DNA from: Alphaproteobacteria bacterium
GTDB taxonomy: Bacteria > Pseudomonadota > Alphaproteobacteria > Rickettsiales > SXRF01
DNA: 64,000 bases
Direction: 5' to 3'
NCBI GenBank assembly: GCA_020049775.1
Contig: JAGVLO010000010.1
Coordinates: 5,910 to 69,909, forward strand
Positions 17,958-27,961 of this stretch are shown here, in pieces (position 1 is the first letter of the stretch; each line of letters starts with the position of its first letter). Under the pieces are notes generated by a model. The model saw only the letters and a list, made by a program, of their open reading frames with translations. It did no database searches and was not told the DNA's origin. The position numbers and the translations under genes are program-made.

Positions 17958-19405
17958 AGCGCTTTATAAAACACATGCATCTTTGCACAATACGTCCGCT
18001 GGGGACTTTGCGTTCACTGGCCAAATCAAGGCGCGGTGCGGTCATGCCGATTGTCGGCCTTGCGTCCATGGCTATTTTCGGCGCCGCAGGCATTGCGGTT
18101 GACATGGGCCGTGTGCAGATTGTCAATTCGCGCCTGCAAAACTCGATTGACGCCGCAGGTCTGGCCGCGGGTAGCGTTATCAGTACCGAAGATCCGGAGT
18201 CGGTTGTAACCAAATACTTCAATGCCAATTATCCCAGCGGGTACATGGGCGCAACCATCAACCCTCTCGTAACCACACCGCTTGATGAAAACACGCGCCT
18301 GCGCGTACAAGCAACCGGCACAGTGCCTACAACGTTTATGAAATTATTTGGTATCCCCAGCGTTGCCGTATCTGCCAGCACGGAAATCACCATCGCCCAG
18401 AAAGGTCTGGAGCTGGTGCTGATAATCGACGTCACCGGATCAATGACATCGTCATCCGGCGTAACAGGTGTTAGTAAATTACAGGCCGCTAAAGACGCCA
18501 GCAAACAGCTACTCAATGTGCTATACGGCGCAGACAACACCAGCGAGAACCTCTGGGTTGGACTTGTGCCGTTCTCACAAGCCGTCAATATTGGCAATAC
18601 ACGAGCTACATGGGTAAGCGGTGATACCTTCAATTACGGACCAACCGGCTGGTATGGCTGCGTGGACGCCCGCGAAGCTGCCGGTAATGACATCACCGAT
18701 ATAACACCCCTTCTTGCACCCTTCCCACGCTATTTCTGGCCGTGTGATGGCAATAACGGCTGGTATGGGACCAATACGAGCCGCACCAACTGTTCCACCT
18801 CCTCGGGCTGGGGTTATAAATCCGGTGCTGGCCCGGGTACACACGGCCCCAATAAATACTGCCCGACCCCCATAACACCGCTGGTAGCTGAGAAATCCAC
18901 CGTTTTCACAGCCATTGATGACCTGCAGGCACGGGGTAATACTCACGTTGTGTTAGGCGCGGCATGGGGCTGGAGGCTTTTATCACCGGAATGGCGTGGC
19001 CTTTGGGGAGGCCAGATGGACGCCAACAGCCTACCGCTGGCCTATGACGAGCCGCTCATGAGCAAAGCCGTAGTGTTGCTTACCGATGGTGACAATACCA
19101 TCAGCAACGGCAGCCGCGGCGCATATTGGTACTTAAGCAATGGCAAGCTGGGAACAACGAACCAGTCAGCCGCTGAAACGGAAATGAACACCCGCACTAC
19201 CAACGTATGTAACAGCATGGACAGTAACGGCATCGTTATATACACAATTGCGCTCGGCACATCATTCAGTGCAGAAAGCCGCGCCATGTTGCTGGGCTGT
19301 GCCAGCAAGCCGGAGTTCTATTTTGAAGCACCGTCAACGGCCGCACTTAGCACTATCTTTAAGAAAATTGGCGACTCACTTGCGAATTTGCGTATAAGCC
19401 AGTAA
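17954..19405 (+). CDS. tadG: TadG-like pilus assembly protein with von Willebrand factor A domain
   Basis: TadG N-terminal motif RRGAVMPIVGLASMAIFGAAGIAVDMGRV and a VWA MIDAS LVLIIDVTGSM. Confidence 0.8.
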   Translation: MKRFIKHMHLCTIRPLGTLRSLAKSRRGAVMPIVGLASMAIFGAAGIAVDMGRVQIVNSRLQNSIDAAGLAAGSVISTEDPESVVTKYFNANYPSGYMGATINPLVTTPLDENTRLRVQATGTVPTTFMKLFGIPSVAVSASTEITIAQKGLELVLIIDVTGSMTSSSGVTGVSKLQAAKDASKQLLNVLYGADNTSENLWVGLVPFSQAVNIGNTRATWVSGDTFNYGPTGWYGCVDAREAAGNDITDITPLLAPFPRYFWPCDGNNGWYGTNTSRTNCSTSSGWGYKSGAGPGTHGPNKYCPTPITPLVAEKSTVFTAIDDLQARGNTHVVLGAAWGWRLLSPEWRGLWGGQMDANSLPLAYDEPLMSKAVVLLTDGDNTISNGSRGAYWYLSNGKLGTTNQSAAETEMNTRTTNVCNSMDSNGIVIYTIALGTSFSAESRAMLLGCASKPEFYFEAPSTAALSTIFKKIGDSLANLRISQ

Positions 19406-19460
19406 AGTACCCCTCGATTGTTACAATTTCTGTATCAACTTTTGGTGGGGATTTATACGC

Positions 19461-20885
19461 ATGGCCCGTTTGTCGTACCGATTGCTTATTGGTGTCAGCC
19501 TGCTGGCTTGCGCCGCTGCCTACACACAGCCCGCATACGCTACACGTCTGGATTCGCATGCTCCAAACACTTCCAGTAGCGACAAGGAAAGAACCATCGC
19601 ACTTGCCGAGCAGCTAAAAAAGCAAGGCAACCTTGCCGAAGCAGCCGCCATGTACGGACAGGCATTGCAGCAGTCGCCTGATTCATTGCCAATCGCGCTC
19701 GAGCTTTCATCCATATACCGCCGGATTGGTCAGCCGCAGCAATCATTAGCATTGATGACAGAAGCACAAAAAAGAGAACCGGATAATGCCGATGTATTGG
19801 TGCAGCTTGGTTATGCGCTGGTCGATTCCGGACAGCCGGAACAAGCTATAGCTGTATTTGAACAGCTGAGCGCCATCTCGCGCAATAACCCTGCCGCTTA
19901 TAACGGCAAGGGCGTCGCCTTTGACAAGGCCGGTAACCATGTCGTAGCACAAGACATGTACCGCCACGCGCTCCAGCTCAAGCCCGGTGCCGTCAATATC
20001 CAGAACAACCTCGCCATGTCTATGATTCTCAATGATCAGGTCGATGAGGCTATAGAACTACTGGAACCGCTCAGCCATGAGCATGCAGAAAACAAAACCA
20101 TACGCCAAAACCTCGCGCTCGCCTATGGCATAAAGGGTGACAAGCAAAAAGCCCTGTCGCTCAATATGCAGGACCTTTCGCAGGAACAAGCAAAAGAAAA
20201 CTTGCGCTTTTATACAGACTACGCAAAGCAACGCCAGAGCAACAAAAAAACCGCTGCCAAGCGTGCAGCGCCGCCACCTGTATCTGCCTATGATGAAGAG
20301 CTGAAACAAGCCGAAGCGCAGAAGACAGTAGAGCAAAACGCCAACGCGAAAAAACTGGCCGATGCTGAGGCCGCAGCCACTAAAGCTGCAGAAGAAAAGA
20401 AACTGGCAGAGCAAAAAGCAGCCGAGACAAAAAAGCTAGCTGAGCAAAAAGCTACAGAAGCTAAAAAGAAGGCCGATGCTGAGGCCGCAGCGGCTAAAAC
20501 TGCTGAAGAGAAGAAATTAGCAGAACAAAAAGCCGCAGAAGCGAAAAAACTGGCAGAGCAAAAAGTGGCAAAAGCCAAGAAGAAGGCCGAAGAGAAAGCC
20601 GCAGCCGCTAAAGCTGCCGATGACAAGAAATTAGCGGAACAGAAGGCCGCTGAAGTAAAAAAACCCGCAGAGGCGCCTGTTGATATGAACGCAATAAACG
20701 CCAGAAAGCTTGCTGAAGCCGAGGCAGCAGCCGAAAAAGCTGCAGAAGAAAAGAAGAAGCAGGAAGAAGCAGGCAACGCAAGGCCGGAAGACGTGTCCCC
20801 ATCCTCAGGCAACCGTACATCGGACAATAAAAAGAAATCTTCCTACCCCACCAAGCACGGGCAGTGGAGTACAGAAATCAAATAA
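19461..20885 (+). CDS. TadD-like TPR lipoprotein fused to a Lys/Ala/Glu-rich repeat domain
   Basis: Lipobox-like SLLAC, roughly 200 aa of TPR repeats (AYNGKGVAFDKAGNH...), then 38-aa K/A/E repeats and a basic tail. Confidence 0.7.
   Translation: MARLSYRLLIGVSLLACAAAYTQPAYATRLDSHAPNTSSSDKERTIALAEQLKKQGNLAEAAAMYGQALQQSPDSLPIALELSSIYRRIGQPQQSLALMTEAQKREPDNADVLVQLGYALVDSGQPEQAIAVFEQLSAISRNNPAAYNGKGVAFDKAGNHVVAQDMYRHALQLKPGAVNIQNNLAMSMILNDQVDEAIELLEPLSHEHAENKTIRQNLALAYGIKGDKQKALSLNMQDLSQEQAKENLRFYTDYAKQRQSNKKTAAKRAAPPPVSAYDEELKQAEAQKTVEQNANAKKLADAEAAATKAAEEKKLAEQKAAETKKLAEQKATEAKKKADAEAAAAKTAEEKKLAEQKAAEAKKLAEQKVAKAKKKAEEKAAAAKAADDKKLAEQKAAEVKKPAEAPVDMNAINARKLAEAEAAAEKAAEEKKKQEEAGNARPEDVSPSSGNRTSDNKKKSSYPTKHGQWSTEIK
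20358..20663 (+). repeat. About 2.7 copies of a 114-nt (38-aa) in-frame tandem repeat
   Basis: Copies begin at 20358, 20472 and 20586 (gccgatgctgaggccgca... / gccgaagagaaagccgca...). They encode ADAEAAATKAAEEKKLAEQKAAETKKLAEQKATEAKKK and variants. Confidence 0.85.
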
Positions 20886-20912
20886 CGCTATCTGCTGATT
20901 ATAACAGCCCAA

Positions 20913-21908
20913 TTATAAAGGATTGTCATCAAGCGTCTTTAGCAGCTTGATGATGGCTGGAGATATAATCACAATAAACAATGTGGGCAGGATAAATACA
21001 ATCATCGGCACGGTCATCAGCGCAGGAAGACGCGCCGCTTTCTGTTCGGCATTAAGCATACGCGTCTGGCGGAATTCGGTGGAAAGCACGCGCAACGCCT
21101 GTGCAATCGGCGTCCCGTATTTTTCAGTCTGAATCAATACACCCACAATACCGCGTACCTCCGGTAATTTACATCGTTCCGCCCAGTTGCTGAGCGCCTT
21201 GTTCCTGTCCGGCAATATACCCATTTCCAGCGAGGTAATGGTCAGTTCTTCCGATATTTCAGGATAGGCAAGTATCAGTTCCTTCGCCACGCGGTCGAGC
21301 GATGCTGCAAGGCTAAGGCCTGCTTCCGCACATATAGTCATAAGGTCAAGCAGGTCCGGCAGTGATTTTCGTATCATGTGGTAGCGCTTCTTGCGCGCGC
21401 GCGCCACATACCACATAGGTAGTTTCAAACCTATATATGCACCAAGCACCGGCCATATATAATTAAAATTATGCCAGCGTGATTTGGGCGAAATGGCAAA
21501 TGTCTTCATAATAAAAAATCCGAATATACCCAGTAAAATTGGCAATATGAGATTGAAGAACGCCACGACATAAATCGCGTCTTTCGAGCGGAAACCGCCC
21601 TCCACAAGCAAGGCCTCTGTTTTACCAATCTGGTTTTTCTGGATAAGCTGAAGGCCATTGACCACCTTGCGGATGAAGTTAACGCTTGCCTCGGGCTTTT
21701 TGTTACGTTTTTTCGGAATCGTCGTCTGGCTGATCATAGCACGGTGACGCTCCTGAATAATGCGCACACGGTTTGATACATTATCGCGCGGACGGAATGT
21801 CATATAAATGCCGATAGCGCACAACACAACAAAGACAAGCCCAACAATTAGATACATGTCGTTAGCCAGCCAGGACCGTGGAATCATTCTTCTGAGGGAG
21901 TCAAACAT
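20913..21908 (-). CDS. tadC: Tad pilus inner-membrane platform protein TadC
   Basis: T2SSF-type domain and TM topology. Position follows tadB. Confidence 0.85.
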   Translation of the reverse strand: MFDSLRRMIPRSWLANDMYLIVGLVFVVLCAIGIYMTFRPRDNVSNRVRIIQERHRAMISQTTIPKKRNKKPEASVNFIRKVVNGLQLIQKNQIGKTEALLVEGGFRSKDAIYVVAFFNLILPILLGIFGFFIMKTFAISPKSRWHNFNYIWPVLGAYIGLKLPMWYVARARKKRYHMIRKSLPDLLDLMTICAEAGLSLAASLDRVAKELILAYPEISEELTITSLEMGILPDRNKALSNWAERCKLPEVRGIVGVLIQTEKYGTPIAQALRVLSTEFRQTRMLNAEQKAARLPALMTVPMIVFILPTLFIVIISPAIIKLLKTLDDNPL

Positions 21909-21917
21909 CGCTGCCCC

Positions 21918-22889
21918 CTAAATCTCAAACTGCGTCATACGGCGCATTACCCACACGCCAAAACCCAACATGCCTCCAGCAATCCCAAGGCATAAATTAC
22001 CCGTGGGATCATTGAATAACGGACTCATATATTCAGGGCTGAGGAAGCTCACAACGGCAAATACGAAAAACGGCAAAATGCCGATAATAATGGCAGACGC
22101 GCGCGCTTCTGAAGACATCGCTTTAATTTTTATGCGCATAATATAGCGGCTGCGCAATACTTCGGAGAGGTTGTTGAGAATTTCGGCAAGGTTGCCACCT
22201 GTTTCACGTTGTAACACGATGCAGGTGGTAAAGAAGTTGAACTCGGTCATGTCGAGTTTGCGCGCCATTTCCTGCAACCCTTTTTCCAGCGACACCCCAA
22301 GCTTCATGGAGTTAGAAATATTGCTAAACACGCTGCCAACCGGATCAGGAATTTCCTGCGACACCACAATCATCGATTCAGAAACAGGCAAGCCAGAGCG
22401 TAAGCCGCGCACAATCAGGTCAATAGCATCGGGGAAAAGCTGCAAAAACGCTTTGTTTTGCTTTGCTATCTTCATATTCAGGAATTTATAGGGAATCCAT
22501 ACACCCACAACCAAGCCTATAGCGGCAGCTATCCACCATGGCTGGCCGAGAATGCTCTTTGTCAGAAACATGATACCCAGCACCCACATGGCACGCCGGA
22601 AAACATACTGCTTGGCGGTCATGGTTGCGCCTGCACGCTCAAGCCTGTTAGCAAGCTGCTTGAAGTCCGGCAGTGGCTTTGTTAGCCAGTAAACGAGGCC
22701 TTTTTCTTCGGTAGTCTTACGGCGCAACGATACGTCCTGCGTGGTGCGCTTTGCAGCCATGCCACGACGCTGCGTTACAATCCGCTCAATGCGCATTTTC
22801 ATTTGTTTGCGCATGTCGTAATAGGCTTTCAGCAGTGCCAGCACCGAGAAGACCACCAGCACAGAAACAAATATTGTTACATTATCCAT
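21918..22889 (-). CDS. tadB: Tad pilus inner-membrane platform protein TadB
   Basis: T2SSF-type domain. ATG at 22889 (MDNVTIFVSVLVV...) lies 4 nt after the cpaF stop; the ORF-track start at 22937 overlaps cpaF. Confidence 0.85.
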   Translation of the reverse strand: MDNVTIFVSVLVVFSVLALLKAYYDMRKQMKMRIERIVTQRRGMAAKRTTQDVSLRRKTTEEKGLVYWLTKPLPDFKQLANRLERAGATMTAKQYVFRRAMWVLGIMFLTKSILGQPWWIAAAIGLVVGVWIPYKFLNMKIAKQNKAFLQLFPDAIDLIVRGLRSGLPVSESMIVVSQEIPDPVGSVFSNISNSMKLGVSLEKGLQEMARKLDMTEFNFFTTCIVLQRETGGNLAEILNNLSEVLRSRYIMRIKIKAMSSEARASAIIIGILPFFVFAVVSFLSPEYMSPLFNDPTGNLCLGIAGGMLGFGVWVMRRMTQFEI

Positions 22890-22893
22890 AGTG

Positions 22894-24441
22894 TTATCTG
22901 CTCTTGTTGCCCTGCTGCCCCTGCACCATGGCTTCAATCAATGCCTGATCCAGACCGAAATAAGCCGCCTGTGCCGTACAATTGGGGCGTATGCCGGTTG
23001 ACGTGAAATCACCCACCAGCTTGCCATTTTCGTCTTCTCCCTTGAATTCAAAGGTGAACAGGTCTTGCGTTACAATCACATCACCTTCCATACCGACCAC
23101 TTCGGTTACGTGGGTTATGCGGCGTACGCCGTCACGCATACGGCTGATCTGGATAATGAGATTCACGGCGCTGGCAATTTGCGTGCGCACCGCTTTGCTG
23201 GGCAGGTTGATACCTGCCATGCCTATCATGTTTTCCAGACGCGTAAGCGCCTCACGCGGGGTATTGGCGTGCAATGTACCCATTGAACCATCGTGGCCCG
23301 TATTCATTGCTTGCAGCAAGTCAAATGCTTCAGGACCACGTACTTCGCCGAGGATAATGCGGTCAGGGCGCATGCGCAGAGCGTTTTTCACCAGATCACG
23401 CATGGTGATTTCCCCTTGCCCTTCAAGGTTTGCGTGACGTGTTTCAAGGGGAACGACGTGCGGCTGCTGCAATTGCAATTCCGCCGCATCCTCGATGGTT
23501 ACAATACGTTCGCCGTGGCTTATCATGCGCGATACGGCATTAAGCATGGTTGTTTTACCTGAGCCGGTACCGCCGGAGATAATGGTGTTGAGTCTGATCG
23601 CGCCGCAGATTTTCAATAAATCACAAAGCGGCTGCGAAATATTTTTCGTACCCACCATCACATCCAGTGTAATTTTTTTCTGGGAGAATTTACGAATGGA
23701 AATAGAAGCACCGCGTATAGCGCAAGGTTGCGCAATCACGTTTACACGGCTGCCGTCGGGAAGACGCGCGTCGCAGATGGGGCTGGATTCGTCCACGCGG
23801 CGGCCGACGCCGGTAACGATGCGCGTGGCAATCGCCATAACGTGGCTATTGTCGCGGAATTTTACATCCGTCAATTCCAGCTTGCCTTTGCGTTCTACAT
23901 ATACCTGATATGGGCCGTTAACCATGATATCGGTTATCGCCTCGTCACGCAGCAGCGGCTCAAGCGGTCCGAAACCAAGCATGTCATCGACAATCTGGTT
24001 GGCAAGCAACTGCTGCTCGCTCTGGTTGAGCGGCAATTTCTGTTCGATTACGATTTCACCGATAAGCTCGATAATCTGGCGTTTCAGCTCATCGCGCGGC
24101 AGGCGCGAAGACGTGGTAATATCAATCTGCTCCATGAGCAGGCCGTAAATTTTGTCCTTAGTGTTATCCATCTCGGTTGCCTTCTTAGGCGTAACCACAG
24201 CGGACACCGCGCCTTCATCAGGATTAAGCAGCATATCCTGACGGGCTTTCTTGTTTTTAGCGTTGGTAGCATCTAACTCTGTTTGCACCTTTTCCGCAGC
24301 AGCTGATGACGCGCCGGCAGATTGTGCCTCTGTTTCCGTGCTAGGCGCAGCAGCGGGTTTTTCTTCAGCCGCAGCGATTACCTCATCCGCCGACGGGGGC
24401 GGTGCATTCTCAGGTTTTTCTGTGCTGCGTCTGCCAAACAT
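22894..24441 (-). CDS. cpaF: Tad pilus secretion ATPase CpaF/TadA
   Basis: Walker A GGTGSGKTT, RPDRIILGEVRG, and the GHDGSMGTLHAN His box. About 100-aa Ala/Glu-rich N-terminal extension. Confidence 0.93.
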   Translation of the reverse strand: MFGRRSTEKPENAPPPSADEVIAAAEEKPAAAPSTETEAQSAGASSAAAEKVQTELDATNAKNKKARQDMLLNPDEGAVSAVVTPKKATEMDNTKDKIYGLLMEQIDITTSSRLPRDELKRQIIELIGEIVIEQKLPLNQSEQQLLANQIVDDMLGFGPLEPLLRDEAITDIMVNGPYQVYVERKGKLELTDVKFRDNSHVMAIATRIVTGVGRRVDESSPICDARLPDGSRVNVIAQPCAIRGASISIRKFSQKKITLDVMVGTKNISQPLCDLLKICGAIRLNTIISGGTGSGKTTMLNAVSRMISHGERIVTIEDAAELQLQQPHVVPLETRHANLEGQGEITMRDLVKNALRMRPDRIILGEVRGPEAFDLLQAMNTGHDGSMGTLHANTPREALTRLENMIGMAGINLPSKAVRTQIASAVNLIIQISRMRDGVRRITHVTEVVGMEGDVIVTQDLFTFEFKGEDENGKLVGDFTSTGIRPNCTAQAAYFGLDQALIEAMVQGQQGNKSR

Positions 24442-24446
24442 GCATC

Positions 24447-25664
24447 CTACGCTTTCTTGCCCATGCTAAAAAGGCCCAGGCCTTTCTTTTCTTTAGCCCC
24501 AGACTTTTTCAGCACAGGCACGAGTTGGGCCGCCAGCTCATAAAGCGGGCGCGTAGACACATGTCCTTTTGCTTTCACGGCAGGAATATCAGCGCTGATG
24601 GGCATGAACACGTCCGGCATAAAAGGTATGCTGTAGACAATCGTGGCATTAATACCTTTTTCAAAGTCAGCTACTTTCATTTCCTGCTTGGTGGCAAAGC
24701 CAACCTTGTTGGCGACAATAAGCGGCGGATTCATCTTGAATGACTCACGCATCAAATCGCCGAGCCTGAGTACATCGCGCAGCGAAAGCAGTGTCAGCTC
24801 CGTTACCACCAGCACGAAATCGGCTTTCCTTAAGCACTGGCGCGCATAGTTATTGAGGTAACGCGGCACGTCAATCACCACAAAATCAAATTTGGCGCGT
24901 AGCTCTTTAAGCAGCATGTCACCGGCATTTTCATGGATTTTTATATGCTCCAGTAAGCTCTCTTCTGCTGAAAGCACTGACAGGTTCGGCATCGGCTTAG
25001 TCATCACACGCTCGATAAAGAGCGAGTCGATACGGTCAGGTTTTTCCAGCGCGTCACGCAGGCTTCGGCTTGGTTCAATATCCAGTGATAATGAAACCGT
25101 GCCCTCCTGCGGGTCCAAATCAACCAGCGCCACATTTTTCTTTGACGCGCCTGTGGCAATAATCCCTGCAAGATTAAGCGCAATGGTAGTCGCGCCCACG
25201 CCACCGCGCGTGCCAACGACTGCAATTATTTTCGCCGGAGTCTTGTCCTTCCCGCCCGCACCTCCGATAGACATAGCTTTGTTGTAAGCCGTTTCCACAA
25301 CAGGGCCAGTCAGCGGTTTAAGCAGGTAATTCGAAATGCCGAGGTCAATCAGCCATACATAGAAGCTGTATTCATTGACGTCGCCAATCGTTAGCACCTT
25401 GGTGTCAGGATCACAGACCTCCGCCAGCGCGTCCAGCTGTGCGCTTGCATCAGCAGCGGAGGGAAGCTCCACAAGCAACAATGCAGGGGATACATTTTTT
25501 TTCAAATATTCGGCAGCCGTGCGTATGTCGCCTTGCAGGATTAGATCATCTGCCCAGTCCTGATTCTGGCAAAATGACTTAAGCACGTCCATGTCCCCGG
25601 TATTCGAGACGAATGCCAGAAAGGGCGGTTTATCCGATGCCTCTTTTTTTGACGTACCCACCAT
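24447..25664 (-). CDS. cpaE: Tad pilus localisation ATPase CpaE/TadZ (pseudo-receiver + ParA/MinD-like domain)
   Basis: Deviant Walker A GTRGGVGATTIALNLA. Position lies between cpaD and cpaF. Confidence 0.85.
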   Translation of the reverse strand: MVGTSKKEASDKPPFLAFVSNTGDMDVLKSFCQNQDWADDLILQGDIRTAAEYLKKNVSPALLLVELPSAADASAQLDALAEVCDPDTKVLTIGDVNEYSFYVWLIDLGISNYLLKPLTGPVVETAYNKAMSIGGAGGKDKTPAKIIAVVGTRGGVGATTIALNLAGIIATGASKKNVALVDLDPQEGTVSLSLDIEPSRSLRDALEKPDRIDSLFIERVMTKPMPNLSVLSAEESLLEHIKIHENAGDMLLKELRAKFDFVVIDVPRYLNNYARQCLRKADFVLVVTELTLLSLRDVLRLGDLMRESFKMNPPLIVANKVGFATKQEMKVADFEKGINATIVYSIPFMPDVFMPISADIPAVKAKGHVSTRPLYELAAQLVPVLKKSGAKEKKGLGLFSMGKKA

Positions 25665-25715
25665 AAGCTTCTTTCTTCGTTTCTTTTTTTATTTGAAGCG
25701 CTCTGTTAATTTTTT

Positions 25716-26438
25716 TTACTGGGCGCTTCCGCTATCTCCCTGTCCCGAATCACTGCCAGTGCCAGTAGCCGAAGCTGCCGCACCGCTTGCCGCATCAGCT
25801 GCCGAGCTGCTAGCAGCGCTTGTAACGCCACTGCGGTATTGCTCGACTACACGCGTAGAACGCTCTGTATCCGGCGATACTTTGCCAGAACCGCGCACCA
25901 GATCACGCGGGTTTGCAACCATCGCGCCATAATTGACAACCGTAGCGCATTTAAAATTACCCTGCGATGTGTTGCTGTAGGTTGTTACCGGCGAACGACG
26001 CCAGTCCGGACAATCAGGTGTCAAAACCGTGGCATATTCCACCGTAATCCTTACATTATCACGCGAAATGGATGAGCTTGGCTCAAAAGCAAATTTTTCT
26101 TTGGGATAACCCATGCTGCGCAACACTGCCGAAACGTGATGGCGGCGCGCTTCATTGCTGAAATCGTCGGTGGCAAGCTGTATGCGCACATTCTCGGATG
26201 CCATGGGCGATATGCTGTGAAACGCTTTTTTCAGTTTCTGCACCTGCACATCATCCAAGCTGTTACTGTCGGCCTGAAAACGCACCGAATGCATGGCGTC
26301 ACGCATCTCCACACTGTTTTCAATCGGGTGCTCGGAATAATATTTTACAGGATCAATACCTTGCAGATCGCGATCAGCCGTGCATGCCGGAAGCAACATC
26401 GCCAGTAAAGATACAGATATTTTCAGTTGGTTTTTCAT
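25716..26438 (-). CDS. cpaD: Pilus assembly lipoprotein CpaD
   Basis: Lipobox LLPAC and CpaD signature CPDW...N...FKCATVVNYGAMVANPRDL. Ser/Ala/Gly-rich tail. Confidence 0.8.
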   Translation of the reverse strand: MKNQLKISVSLLAMLLPACTADRDLQGIDPVKYYSEHPIENSVEMRDAMHSVRFQADSNSLDDVQVQKLKKAFHSISPMASENVRIQLATDDFSNEARRHHVSAVLRSMGYPKEKFAFEPSSSISRDNVRITVEYATVLTPDCPDWRRSPVTTYSNTSQGNFKCATVVNYGAMVANPRDLVRGSGKVSPDTERSTRVVEQYRSGVTSAASSSAADAASGAAASATGTGSDSGQGDSGSAQ

Positions 26439-26446
26439 GGCTGTCC

Positions 26447-27949
26447 CTATTCGAGTATAAACCCGCCCTCGCCATGCAGCTTCGGCACAGCATCATTCTT
26501 GCGGCCATTATTCAGCATGGAGTGCTTGCTTTCATCTTCGCTTGGTTCTTTATCGCCTTTATCGGCTTTATCGCCTTTACCGCCTTCTTCCTCATCCATG
26601 GACTGCTGCTGGTACAGGCTGCCCTTCATCAGCAATTCAAGGTCTGACGGCGGCTTGTAACCATCAAGCGGCGTCTGAAGCCTTGTCGGGTCTGCCACTG
26701 GGCGAACAATATAAGGAGTCACCAATATGACCAGTTCTGTCTGGTTATTCTGGAATTGCGTAGAACGGAACAATGCGCCAAGCACAGGAATGTCACCCAC
26801 GCCCGGGAATTTAGCAATGTTGTTGCTGGATTCATTTTTCAGCAAGCCCGCCAGTACAAAGCTGTCGCCGCTACCCAGCTCAACCACGGCAGACGCCCTG
26901 CGCGTATCCAGAATCGGATACGTCACACCGGATACCTGAATCGGGTTGTTAAAGTTAAGCGTGCTTACTTCCGGCGCAACCGTCAGGCTGATGCGGTCTT
27001 GCGAAAGCACGACGGGTGTAAAGTTGAGGCTGACACCAAACGGCTGGTAGTCAAGCGTTACAGTGTTATTCTGTCCAAATACAGGCAGCGGAAATTGGCC
27101 GCCGGCAAGGAAGCTTGCAGGCTGTCCTGAAGTTGTCGTCAGGCTTGGTTCTGCCAGAACATGCGCAAGACCCTGCGTTTCCAGCGCATCCAATAAGCCG
27201 CTGACATCCTTGTACCTGATAAGCGCGTTGGTATTGGTGCTGGAGCCGCGAGCGAGTACACTATTATAGCTGCTGAAAGCATTTACGTCTGGGTCAGCCG
27301 TGTGAAATAGAATTTCGCTGCCCTGAAGCACCTGCCATGCAAAATTGCCGCTGCTGGTTACATTCTGCAGGTTTACGCCGATATTTTTGAGGTCAGTGCG
27401 CGACATTTCAACCAGTTTGACCTTCAGCATCACCTGGTCAGAGCCACCTGTTTTAATCATGTTGACCATGCGGTCGTTCGCACCCATAAAGGCTGACGCC
27501 ACGTTCCTGATTTTTTCCGATTCATCGACAGACGCTGCGTACCCGTCCATGACAAGGCCGCCATCAACCGTCTTGAACGTCACATCCGCATCAGGAACAA
27601 CGCGCTTAATGGTTTGCCTGAGGCTGCTGAGATTATGGGTAACGTCCACCGTTGCCGTCATGATGGGTTCATCATTTTCATCCACCGCATAAAGACTGGT
27701 TTCACCCACTGTTATGCCACGCACAAAAAGCAGCTTGGGGGATACTACCTGCACGTCAGCTGTTGCGGGATCGGCAATCACCACAGATGTTGCCGGACGG
27801 TCAAGTTTTACCATCGCACCCTTGTTTAGCTCTACCGTAAGGCTGATATCATCGGCAAGTACAGCGCCAATACCCGCAAGCAGCATAAGCACCGCATACG
27901 CCGCTGCAAACCTAACTTTCTTTAAATCTATATTCACGCTCTGTATCAT
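26447..27949 (-). CDS. cpaC: Tad pilus outer-membrane secretin CpaC/RcpA
   Basis: Secretin C-domain IPVLGALFRSTQFQNNQTELVILVTP plus N-terminal BON/pilus-formation region. Acidic Gly/Lys/Asp tail. Confidence 0.92.
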   Translation of the reverse strand: MIQSVNIDLKKVRFAAAYAVLMLLAGIGAVLADDISLTVELNKGAMVKLDRPATSVVIADPATADVQVVSPKLLFVRGITVGETSLYAVDENDEPIMTATVDVTHNLSSLRQTIKRVVPDADVTFKTVDGGLVMDGYAASVDESEKIRNVASAFMGANDRMVNMIKTGGSDQVMLKVKLVEMSRTDLKNIGVNLQNVTSSGNFAWQVLQGSEILFHTADPDVNAFSSYNSVLARGSSTNTNALIRYKDVSGLLDALETQGLAHVLAEPSLTTTSGQPASFLAGGQFPLPVFGQNNTVTLDYQPFGVSLNFTPVVLSQDRISLTVAPEVSTLNFNNPIQVSGVTYPILDTRRASAVVELGSGDSFVLAGLLKNESSNNIAKFPGVGDIPVLGALFRSTQFQNNQTELVILVTPYIVRPVADPTRLQTPLDGYKPPSDLELLMKGSLYQQQSMDEEEGGKGDKADKGDKEPSEDESKHSMLNNGRKNDAVPKLHGEGGFILE

Positions 27950-27961
27950 TCGTGCTTCCGC

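Noticed and set aside
20358-20663. Tandem repeats considered as a possible CRISPR array
   Set aside because: The repeats are 114 nt long, contiguous with no unique spacers, in frame within a long ORF, and no cas genes are present.
20288-20827. 179-aa minus-strand ORF rich in Ala/Ser/Phe opposite the K/A/E repeats
   Set aside because: A mirror image of GCN/AAR/GAR codon repeats, which stays open only because of the repeat composition. The sense strand continues an ORF with lipobox and TPR motifs.
22890-22937. Apparent 44-nt tadB/cpaF overlap. Similar long overlaps or N-terminal extensions appear at dprA/plsY (43964-44055), gatC (42897-42956), the second tadE-like ORF (17241-17290) and the methyltransferase (2218-2232).
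   Set aside because: These are artefacts of longest-ORF calling. In each case an internal ATG just after the upstream stop, or one matching the family N-terminus or an SD, removes the overlap.
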